Assembly: GCA_044226015.1 (NCBI GenBank)
Contig: JBGAHS010000001.1
Location: forward strand, 960,001 to 1,024,000
Direction of reading: 5' to 3'
Source: Candidatus Obscuribacteraceae bacterium
GTDB lineage: Bacteria; Cyanobacteriota; Vampirovibrionia; Obscuribacterales; Obscuribacteraceae
DNA length: 64,000 bases
Positions 9,471 through 18,607 of the stretch are shown here, piece by piece; position 1 is the stretch's first letter; each line of letters starts with the position of its first letter. The notes beneath the pieces are model-generated. The model ran no database searches. It was given only the letters and a program-made list of their open reading frames with translations, and was not told the origin of the DNA. Position numbers and translations under genes: made by a program.

Positions 9471-12400
9471 TTAGTTATGGCTACTGTACATGCCCCTATT
9501 TTTCAACACTACATCGATAGTGGCCGCGGTTTTCAAAAGTCTTGCAAGTATTCGTTTATCTGCATTATCGTTTGATTTGCGGAAATGACTAAGGTGATTG
9601 CTTGTTGTCATCAAACTGACGATAGAGAAGTCGCTGATTGATAGATAAGAATTGCCAGAGCGATGAAAGCGAGTGTTCCTTCGGGCGAGTCTATCGCTAA
9701 AAATAGAAGTCTTGAGGTCGAAAATATTTTTTGACACTATAAGCTCCTCGCCCGAGTTGAGTGAAAAAATATCTTTGCCAACTTGTACTCTTACCGATCC
9801 TGCGTGACTACAAGACCTGATGAAAGTTACTCCTTCTTCGTCTCTGATAGATGCCAATGCGCCTTTCATTAACAAGATTTGGGCAGCTGAAGTGTTTATT
9901 GAAACAGCAGTTGTTGCACTAATCAAGGCTTCTGAGTTTGTAATTCTGAATGACTCTGCTGTGCCCGTAATGTTTTGAGGTGCGTCTGAATATACTCGCG
10001 CTAATTCTTTGTTCGGGATTGCAGAAGGATACGCTATCCGTGGGTAAGATGACTGGTTGCTGTAACTCACACATCGTATTGGTAAATTCACTCTCTTAAT
10101 TGGACTGTGGTGCTCGTCTTCTAAGGCTCCAGCGATATCCTCTTTGACCTGAGCAATATTTGTGGAATTCACATTTATGGTGTTCATTGCAGTTGAAATC
10201 TGTTGACCTGAACCCAATTGTATCTTGGACACTAGATCAAATTGCGTCAGAAATGACGATAAGTTCACAGACTTTGTGTTTATGTCCGTGACTGTCGAAA
10301 TGTTGTGCAGTGATGCGGCCATGGTGCTGTTGCTGGTTGGTGGAAGATACGCAAACGGGCTCGTCATGTAGGATACAGTGCCACCGTTTGATGGCAAATC
10401 AAGTAATATATCATTTAGTGTGATGTTGATACCGCCCCCGGTGGCGCTAAATAACGCATTCCCTGCTATCAGTTGCCCGGATCCATCCAAGCTTCCAGCA
10501 GTGGCTCTAATTGCCAGAATGTCTGCTGGTGAGCCTACAGAACCGCTTATGTTTACAGATTGAGCCGCGATACTAAGAGATGTTCCTGTGGTTAAGATGG
10601 AACCAATCGTCGCCGCGCCGCCAACATCAATAGTCAGTTGTTTGCTTCCCATAGTTAGTGTTTGACCAGAGGCGTTGAATCCCCCGTTCGGACCTTGCAG
10701 AAACTGAATGTTGTACAGGTTTGAAAAGTCATAGGAGCCGTATACATTAACCCCACCGCCCGAAGAGTTTGAGCCTAAAATCAAATTGCCTGCATGAATG
10801 TACTGCATCGTTAGGTTGCTAAACACCATGCCACCACTACCTCCGAAAATGTTGATCGGAAAATTGTTGCTTGGTGGCGCGAGCGTCACTGTACTACTTC
10901 CTGCTTCTATGTAAGCATAGTTGGGGTCCGCGTTTCCCTCGAAAGTAGGCAGTGCAAAGTTTACGTTTAGTGTAATGGGGGTGTTATCAGTGATAATTCT
11001 GTTATACCCTGGTTGGAATGAATCTCCGGCATTCTGTGAAATGTTGATTCCTTCTTTGGCATATATCGCACAAGAACTCACAACTAAATGATGGTAGCCG
11101 AGTTGCGCTATATCTTGAAGTTCGATATTTCCTGCATTTATCAGCGTGATGCTCCCTGTTTCAGCGTAACCTGTGAAAAAGACATTTCCAACATTTGACA
11201 CATTTATGTTGCCATCTTTTGCATACAGATAGAGGATACCAGTGCTTGCTGTGTTTAGTGGTCCAATTGAGCCACTTTTGCTGGAGAGAGTCAGCCCATA
11301 AGGTTGAGCTGTTACCAGTCCGGTGCCCGAAATATTGCCATTGTTGGATATCAAAGCCCCAACAACTAATGGTCCGCTCACTTCGATTGAGCCTGCTAGA
11401 ACCACACCGATGTTTGAACCTGAAGCTCCTACTGTGGCTTTTCCGTTTTCCAACAAGATATTAGTTATTATTAGCGGGAATCCGTTTTGATTAAAATTGC
11501 CATCCCCACTTTGTGCAAACGATATCAATGGAGCTTTCAATGCTCCGTTCAAGTTTATTCCACCGAATGATTTCGCGCTGTAAAAGATGACTCCCTCTCC
11601 TTCCCTGAAGGATGTGTCAAAATTGCCTATAGTCGGTGTGTGACCAGCCATACTCAGTAATTCAAGTTCGGAAAGGTTTAGTCCTCCTGTCCCGCCGCAA
11701 ACATTTATCGGTGTTGACGCGTTGCTAGGAGCAATGTTTACGGAACTTCCTGAAATGCGAGTCTCATCTGGATTTAACCCATTAATAATTAGGTCATCGG
11801 TTACTATAATCACCGTTCCGCTTGAAGTTGGAGTAATTAGTTTTGCTCCATTTTCTAGAGTGATTGAATGGTTGTTAGCTGTGGACAGAACGATTGAGTC
11901 GGCTTTTATTTCATTTTCTACCACTAAATCGCCTGTGCTGCTGACTGCCAAGAGTCCCTTATCGTTATTTATTGAATCGAACAGATAGGCTGAGAGCTTT
12001 GTTTGTCCACTTTTGTTATTTATACAAATAGTTGGGGGAGCCTGTATGTAATAATCACCATCTGGCCAATAGTAGAATGAAATTCCATTAGATTTAGCTG
12101 TTAACATTCCCGAAACCGAAGTTTTTAATTCAGTGAATTCCACGTGCATGCGTTGACTTGTTCTTGATTGATCACCTCTTGTGACCAATCCTGTGCCAAT
12201 TGCGCCAGCAGAATCTAAAGTTAGATTATTTGCTATGATTAAACCTGTTCCACTTATGCCTTTCCTTAATGGTACGGTTAAGTAATAAGGATCTGGGAAC
12301 GGTCCTGGCACAGTGGTTATTGAGATGTCATCCGATGGTGAACCTACGGTGCCATTAACAACAACAGCGGCTGCGCTAATGTTAAGAGAGGAGCCTGTCG

Positions 12401-15400
12401 TCATTATTGAGCCTAAGGTAGCTTCCCCACCAATCATCAGATTGAGTGAATGAGAGCCCATGCTAATAGTGTGATTGTTGCTGCTGAAGTTCCCGTCGGC
12501 GCCTTGAACAAAAAGCAAATCGAACTTGCCGGAAGCGTCCAGATCGCTTTGGAAGAATATACCACCTGTAGATTTACTTGAACCAATTGTGACACTACCT
12601 GCGGTGATGTTGCCCAGTTGCAGCGGAGATAATACGAGCCCTTTGTTTTGCTGGTCACTAATGTATATGCTTCTATTGTTGGTCGCTGGGAGTATTGTAA
12701 CTGCGCCCATTCCAGCATCTATTGGGTTCTGTCCCGACAGAGAATAAGAGTCTAAAATTAAACTGATTGGCGCATCGGTAGATTTGATCTGAAATTCGTT
12801 ATTCGTCAGCAAATTACCAGCGCCCATTTCGATTGAAACGCCTGCTGGTCCGATAATGTTTGACGCTAAAGTAAGGTCACCATTGTTTTTGATTGCAACG
12901 GTTCCCGTCGCGGAGGCAATCTTCAGGCTCGCGAGATTTCCAGTGTTAAAAATGTTGATGCTTCCGGCGCTGGCTGAAATACTCCCGTTTATCGCTGTGC
13001 TGAGTCCGAGGATGGAGCCTGCTGATACGGTAAGCGTGTTTGCTGTTAGTAATCCTCCGCTTACGTTGCCGCCAACTGAACCGGTCACGAAGCTGCCGCC
13101 TGATAGAACCCCATTGCTGATTTGCATTGTGCCGGGGTTGGATAAGCTCACTCCAGTGACAGAATTAAGAACAATGTTACCAAAGTTTGAAACTTGATTT
13201 GCCGATGCGTCAACTTTTCCTAAAGTGATACCATTGGCGACTATTGTAATGTTGCCTGCAGCGCCGTTGGTGGACTTGCTGCTAATACTGCCAATGCTAA
13301 GCGAGCCTGAAGCGGAACTGCCTGAACTTGCGATTGCGGTTATAGATCCGCCTTTACTCAATCCGCTTGTAACAATGCTAACATTTCCCAGATCTATAGA
13401 ACCGCCCGTTGCAGAATTTGAAATGAGCGTGTATGGGCGAGAAAGTGGTCCTACTGCGACTCCATTCGTGTTAGGTGAGAAATTGAACCCGGCCACTAGC
13501 AGTAGGTTGCCTCCGCTTCCTTTTGTGCTGGACAAATCGATACTCAAGCTGTTTCCGCTGTTAATGATGCTGGCGGAAGCAATTATTGCAATGTTTGTTC
13601 CGGGAAAGCTAAGAAGGCTGATTTGACTCAAATCAACATTGCCGTTGCTATTTGCAATGGTGCCAGAGCCCTCAACTGCATAAATGGAAAAGGTGGAGTT
13701 CTGATTCGGATGGGCAGAAGTCTTTACAGAGAACTGAGACGGATTTCCAAGGAAAGAGTTTGTCGCTATGCTGATATTTGAGTAATCATTCGGAAAGTCA
13801 TAAGTTGTGTTTGCATCCATTGAGACCGTCGACCCAGTTGTAGCCGAGTAGGGAGTGCTGATGCTCAGTGCCGCACCGGGTGCTGCACCGGAGCCTAGTT
13901 GAAACGACATGTTTCCTGGACCTAACACCACATATGGAAAGCGAGAGCCGCCCATCGCTGTTATGCTAGCCGCGCTTGGCGATGAAAAAACACCGGAGCC
14001 AGTTCCTACGATTTTGATGTCTTGACCGGCTGCACTTTGCACAGTAAGACTACCCTGGCTTGATTGAATCAGTCCTGAGTTGTCGACCAAGAGATTTTTT
14101 CCAGCTGCGACAGAGCCATTTGCTGTTTGCCCTTGAATCAAAATACTCGTGCCCAGAATCTTGCCGGAGGAAGCAATAGTGATTTGGTTTCCAAAAATCC
14201 AGGTTACACCAGAAGTATTTTGGACGGTTGAAGACGGAGAAACTGAAAAATACCCTGAGGGGCTGAAGCTCAGCCCACTCTTTGCGTCAATGACATTTGA
14301 GCCTGTGGCAGTAATATTGTTAGTAGCCGAAAGTGATACTGTTGATGGTGTCGAGATAAGCGTCCCAGAATAGCCGGACAGTTTAATGTCAGTTGCTTTC
14401 AGATTTATCTGCCCGCTTGCATTAATTGGCGCTGACAGGTTTAAGCCGTTGTTCGTGCTTATTTCAATGCTGAGAGGTTTTCCACCGCTTATTGTAATTC
14501 CCAAATCATCTGAAGCTATATTGATAATGGATACATTAGCTGTTGTTCCGATTGTGAGATTTGTCGTTGAGGTGCTTAAAGCTCCAATAGTACCTGTTGA
14601 AGAGATCAGAGTCACTTTGCTCCCGCTGATTAACGGTCCTGCTGTGCCCATCTGTGTTAGAGAGCCGGACCCATCTGCCGTGAGGCTCACGCTAGCTCCG
14701 GTGACTGTGCCACCAACTGTTATATTTCCGTTTGAGCCTGTGCTTGTACTTAGACTTAGATTTGAACTTGCTGTAACGGATGAGCTCTGTCCAATAATTA
14801 TCGAAGCTGCACTCAACGAAATGTTGGACGAATTCGAAGTTCCTTTGGTCTCTAGATTTGAACTGGAGCCAAGTAATGTGGTATTGCCAGTAGTATTGAA
14901 GGAGACAAGTTGAGAGCTGAGATTCGAAAGGTTTATGTCTCCACTTCCTGATTTTATTATGAGTTCAGAACTGGAGATGCTTCCGGCTCCATTGATTGAG
15001 CCTTTCGAGCCTCCGTCAATAGTAATTTTTCCGTTCGCTACAATTGGAGCATTTATTGACATTGCCGCATTGTCGCTGCTGATCGAGATGCTGTTACCCT
15101 TTGCATTGTTGTAGGTGACATCGATTTTGCTGTCAATGATTATTGGACCAGATGTCGCTCCAATGGTCTGGAGAACGATCGACCCCATGCTGTTGAGAGC
15201 TTCAGTTATGTGAATCCCGCCAGGGTTTGTATCTATCAAGGTTATACCCTTGTTAGTTGGAACAGTTGTCGAAAATTGTTCAAGGGAAAGGGAGTTAATA
15301 ACTTTAAAAGATGCACCAGTGTGTGCATACACTATGTGAGCGGCACCCACTAAAGATATGTCTGCGTAAGAGGTAGCGGAAAGAGTTTCTGCTTTTATGG

Positions 15401-18329
15401 ACGTTCCAATGGATTGGTTTAGAATTCCGCCACGAAGATCAACCAGTCCGCCGTTTGAGTCTATATCACCATTCAGATTTATTACTGAGCCTCTAAGAAT
15501 AATGATCGAGGGTCCACTGATTGTGCTGATCTTTCCCGCGTTGAGGACTTTGTCGTCTGAATCTATGTCTAGCGTCTGTTTTGAATAAAGGGTGATGTTG
15601 CCGAAATTATTTATGCCTCCAAGTTTGATTTCCAATGTTGATGTTGAAAGAGTTGAAACATCAAAGTTGCCGTAAAAATTAATTGTTCCTTTTTCTCCTT
15701 GATAGGAACCCGGTAAATTTGATATACCGATATGGATTTCACGAGACTGAAACCTCTGCAGCTCGGCGAGGGTGAGCTGCAGTCCACCAGAGCCGCCTCC
15801 TAAATTTATGTTAGTAGATGGAGTGAAAGGAGAAATTGTGATGCTACCAGAATAACTGGTTGGACTGTTTTCGACCTGCAGCCATCCGTTGCCTACGCTT
15901 AATCTGTCGGTTGTAATCCATATTTGACCGCCCGGGCTAGTGTAGATCTTGCTGCCATTGAGAGATAATCTGTTTCCTACGCCTGTAAGGGTGAGCGTTA
16001 TTTTTCTGGTGCCGTAGATATCACCTCCTAATGTGACATCTCCATTGTTGGTCAGAGTAAGATCATTCCAACTACTTGCACTAAGACTATTTATTGAGCC
16101 TGAGTTGCTAACTACTATGTCGTTTCCCGCGCTAAGTGACAGAGAATCGCTTACTTGAGTTCTTGCATTTTTGATAGCTCCTGAAAGTGCCGACATGTTG
16201 AGGCTTTTGGCTGCAATTAAGCCGCTTGCGTTCACTGTTATGTCACCCTTATTGGCTACAATTGACATTGAATCAGAGGGTGAACCAATGGGCTGACTTA
16301 TTGTTATTGATCCACCATTCAGTTGGACGCTAGAGCCAGCTGTTGTTATTGGTGCTGCGACATCCAGTTTGTTAGTTTGAGCAGAAACGGTTACTGAGCC
16401 GCCAGTTCCGTTGTTGATGTTAATTTGGCCATTTAAGGATATCGCAGAGTCTGTTGGGGTTGTCGACGAAACGTCGCCGGATACAGTGCCAGAAGCGTCA
16501 AAGCTGAGGCAGTCGGCGCAGCCTCCCTGTCCACCACTGAAAGCTGCTTGAGCAGCAAGGATGGTTACGTTACTAGCTTTCCCGCTTCCTCCATTGGACG
16601 TTATGCTACCGATGCTAACACCTTGTCCAGTTGAAGCGCCTGCTGCGATGAATACGTCTCCGTTTGCACCGCTGCCCAAGCCTGATGAATTAATGGAAGA
16701 GATATTGCCTCCGCTAGGAAGCAGAATCTTTCCTCCCGCACTTCCATTTGCCAGTGCGACAAGTGTAACTTTTCCGCCTGCGTTGCCAGCGATGGTGCTG
16801 CTAGAGTCGATTAGGGTCTGACCTGCAGCTATTGTATTGTTTGCACTCAAATCAATGTTGCCGCCGCCGGAGCCCGTACTACTCACTTGTATGAGACCGC
16901 TGGAAACTTTGCCTGGCGACCCTGGGGGCAACGCGAGGGTGCTACCGCTGTTGCATGTCACGCAAGTGCCAGCGCTTGTGTCGATTTTGGCCCCGGCGAC
17001 CAACCATATATCATGTCCGTGATTGATAATCTGGGCTGCACCGCTGGCGGTGATATTGCCGCTCGCGATTATAGCTAGATTCTCGTTCTCAGAAACTGTC
17101 CCAACTATCTGAATGTCACCACCAGCATTGATGTAAGTTGGATCGCCAGAAATCTTGGCGTCGCCTATAGTAAAAACGGGTGTATTGGCTAGAATATGGG
17201 CTGAATCAGCATTGGCGTTAACTGTGCCCGACAACATCTCGACGGAGGCGTTAAGCGCTCCGCTTCCTGAATTGAAATTCAACTGCTTGGATAACCAGTT
17301 GCCACCATCCAAAGTGCTTGCTCCAGTTCCTGCGAATGCTTGCCCTCTTAAATTAATAGCACCGTTTATCGCTTGGATTGTTCCTCTGGCTGTTGATTGG
17401 AAATGCAAGTCAGTCAGTGATTTTGCGGTGTCGATGTTGATGCAGTTAAGAGCTTGAATCAGTCCTGAATTGAAAAATTGTCCACTACCGGAAACAAGAT
17501 TAATATTCTGCGCTGTCAGAGAGGCAAGGCTGTTAGAGCTGCTCTGATTGCTAATGGAACCGCCAGCATTTACAGAAAGAACACCAGGTGTGGAGATGCT
17601 GCCCATGTTAGTGAAATCATGTAAGACTGTTAGATTGAGACCATTCGAGGCAAAGGCATTTCTTCCTAAATCAAAATTTGATGGAAGGCTTCCGGATATT
17701 GAGGCACCCGCTTTTACTTCCAGGTTTCCGATTCGAAAAGCTGAACTGACGTTGGGCATATTTTGGAGCGCGTACAAATGTCCAAGTACGCTCACATCGC
17801 CGAGCACATCTAGCGGTTTTGCAAGGCCAAAACCAATCATGTTCATTGAAACGTTTTGTGGAACAACGATAGATTCAAGCTTTTGATTGCGGATGCCGAA
17901 GGAATATACTGAAGTGTAGCCGCCAATTGCCTGTCCATACTGCCCAATTTGCAGGGTTTGAGCTCCCCTCATTGTCTCTTGAACTGCTAAGTACTGGGCA
18001 GGGGTAAGCAGTTGTCCCGGAATAATCGATAGGAGCGTGCCACCGTAAATGGTGCCATTGCTATTCGCTTTTCCACCTGTGAAAATGTTTACAGGGCTAT
18101 GATTCGGAGCCAAAATCGACGCGCTTGTGGATGAAAGATCCATATTAGAAGGCAATCGAGTCAGGTTTGTTTTGTCGACAGACCCCGGGCGTGCAAGCTG
18201 AGCCTGAACAGCAGCAGGGAAAATAACGTTTGAAACTAGCAGCACGGCAACAACTGAAGCCATGGCGTACTTCAGTTGCCAGCTTGTTGCGTTTTTTGCA
18301 ACACTTACCATCGGTTGATCAGGTTGCAT
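9471..18329 (-). CDS. Giant (2952 aa) secreted G/S/N/T-rich beta-strand-repeat exoprotein with conserved C-terminal domain
   Basis: Signal-like hydrophobic stretch ending AVQA; haemagglutinin-like beta-repeat composition; internal repeats; distinct charged last ~165 aa. Confidence 0.8.
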   Translation of the reverse strand: MQPDQPMVSVAKNATSWQLKYAMASVVAVLLVSNVIFPAAVQAQLARPGSVDKTNLTRLPSNMDLSSTSASILAPNHSPVNIFTGGKANSNGTIYGGTLLSIIPGQLLTPAQYLAVQETMRGAQTLQIGQYGQAIGGYTSVYSFGIRNQKLESIVVPQNVSMNMIGFGLAKPLDVLGDVSVLGHLYALQNMPNVSSAFRIGNLEVKAGASISGSLPSNFDLGRNAFASNGLNLTVLHDFTNMGSISTPGVLSVNAGGSISNQSSSNSLASLTAQNINLVSGSGQFFNSGLIQALNCINIDTAKSLTDLHFQSTARGTIQAINGAINLRGQAFAGTGASTLDGGNWLSKQLNFNSGSGALNASVEMLSGTVNANADSAHILANTPVFTIGDAKISGDPTYINAGGDIQIVGTVSENENLAIIASGNITASGAAQIINHGHDIWLVAGAKIDTSAGTCVTCNSGSTLALPPGSPGKVSSGLIQVSSTGSGGGNIDLSANNTIAAGQTLIDSSSTIAGNAGGKVTLVALANGSAGGKILLPSGGNISSINSSGLGSGANGDVFIAAGASTGQGVSIGSITSNGGSGKASNVTILAAQAAFSGGQGGCADCLSFDASGTVSGDVSSTTPTDSAISLNGQININNGTGGSVTVSAQTNKLDVAAPITTAGSSVQLNGGSITISQPIGSPSDSMSIVANKGDITVNASGLIAAKSLNMSALSGAIKNARTQVSDSLSLSAGNDIVVSNSGSINSLSASSWNDLTLTNNGDVTLGGDIYGTRKITLTLTGVGNRLSLNGSKIYTSPGGQIWITTDRLSVGNGWLQVENSPTSYSGSITISPFTPSTNINLGGGSGGLQLTLAELQRFQSREIHIGISNLPGSYQGEKGTINFYGNFDVSTLSTSTLEIKLGGINNFGNITLYSKQTLDIDSDDKVLNAGKISTISGPSIIILRGSVINLNGDIDSNGGLVDLRGGILNQSIGTSIKAETLSATSYADISLVGAAHIVYAHTGASFKVINSLSLEQFSTTVPTNKGITLIDTNPGGIHITEALNSMGSIVLQTIGATSGPIIIDSKIDVTYNNAKGNSISISSDNAAMSINAPIVANGKITIDGGSKGSINGAGSISSSELIIKSGSGDINLSNLSSQLVSFNTTGNTTLLGSSSNLETKGTSNSSNISLSAASIIIGQSSSVTASSNLSLSTSTGSNGNITVGGTVTGASVSLTADGSGSLTQMGTAGPLISGSKVTLISSTGTIGALSTSTTNLTIGTTANVSIINIASDDLGITISGGKPLSIEISTNNGLNLSAPINASGQINLKATDIKLSGYSGTLISTPSTVSLSATNNITATGSNVIDAKSGLSFSPSGYFSVSPSSTVQNTSGVTWIFGNQITIASSGKILGTSILIQGQTANGSVAAGKNLLVDNSGLIQSSQGSLTVQSAAGQDIKIVGTGSGVFSSPSAASITAMGGSRFPYVVLGPGNMSFQLGSGAAPGAALSISTPYSATTGSTVSMDANTTYDFPNDYSNISIATNSFLGNPSQFSVKTSAHPNQNSTFSIYAVEGSGTIANSNGNVDLSQISLLSFPGTNIAIIASASIINSGNSLSIDLSSTKGSGGNLLLVAGFNFSPNTNGVAVGPLSRPYTLISNSATGGSIDLGNVSIVTSGLSKGGSITAIASSGSSASGSLSIGSISSKSTNGAAGNITIVANGITLGKVDASANQVSNFGNIVLNSVTGVSLSNPGTMQISNGVLSGGSFVTGSVGGNVSGGLLTANTLTVSAGSILGLSTAINGSISASAGSINIFNTGNLASLKIASATGTVAIKNNGDLTLASNIIGPAGVSIEMGAGNLLTNNEFQIKSTDAPISLILDSYSLSGQNPIDAGMGAVTILPATNNRSIYISDQQNKGLVLSPLQLGNITAGSVTIGSSKSTGGIFFQSDLDASGKFDLLFVQGADGNFSSNNHTISMGSHSLNLMIGGEATLGSIMTTGSSLNISAAAVVVNGTVGSPSDDISITTVPGPFPDPYYLTVPLRKGISGTGLIIANNLTLDSAGAIGTGLVTRGDQSRTSQRMHVEFTELKTSVSGMLTAKSNGISFYYWPDGDYYIQAPPTICINNKSGQTKLSAYLFDSINNDKGLLAVSSTGDLVVENEIKADSIVLSTANNHSITLENGAKLITPTSSGTVIIVTDDLIINGLNPDETRISGSSVNIAPSNASTPINVCGGTGGLNLSELELLSMAGHTPTIGNFDTSFREGEGVIFYSAKSFGGINLNGALKAPLISFAQSGDGNFNQNGFPLIITNILLENGKATVGASGSNIGVVLAGSIEVSGPLVVGALISNNGNISGTGLVTAQPYGLTLSSKSGSIGPLNTASTGILYLYAKDGNINVSNVGNVFFTGYAETGSITLINAGNIELQDIAQLGYHHLVVSSCAIYAKEGINISQNAGDSFQPGYNRIITDNTPITLNVNFALPTFEGNADPNYAYIEAGSSTVTLAPPSNNFPINIFGGSGGMVFSNLTMQYIHAGNLILGSNSSGGGVNVYGSYDFSNLYNIQFLQGPNGGFNASGQTLTMGSKQLTIDVGGAATIGSILTTGTSLSIAAQSVNISGSVGSPADILAIRATAGSLDGSGQLIAGNALFSATGGGINITLNDILLDLPSNGGTVSYMTSPFAYLPPTSNSTMAASLHNISTVTDINTKSVNLSSFLTQFDLVSKIQLGSGQQISTAMNTINVNSTNIAQVKEDIAGALEDEHHSPIKRVNLPIRCVSYSNQSSYPRIAYPSAIPNKELARVYSDAPQNITGTAESFRITNSEALISATTAVSINTSAAQILLMKGALASIRDEEGVTFIRSCSHAGSVRVQVGKDIFSLNSGEELIVSKNIFDLKTSIFSDRLARRNTRFHRSGNSYLSISDFSIVSLMTTSNHLSHFRKSNDNADKRILARLLKTAATIDVVLKNRGMYSSHN

Positions 18330-18607
18330 TTTGACCCCGCGTTCCGTAATTCAATTCTAACACTTTTACTTATCCAGATTCGGGAAAAGTCCTTGGTGGC
18401 TCAGGTTGTTATGTGTTGTCCTTCGTCTACGAGAAGCTGTTTCTTTCTTTGAATTTTGTTGCTTAGCATACAAATGCGGCACTGGTATCAGCTTTATTAC
18501 TGACTCTTACCGCGGTATTCTGCGGTAACATAAGAGGGGGAACTGGAAGGGGTAAGTCTACGCGAAGATCTATCTTCTATCAGGTAACAGCTATTTCTGC
18601 TCTGGCG

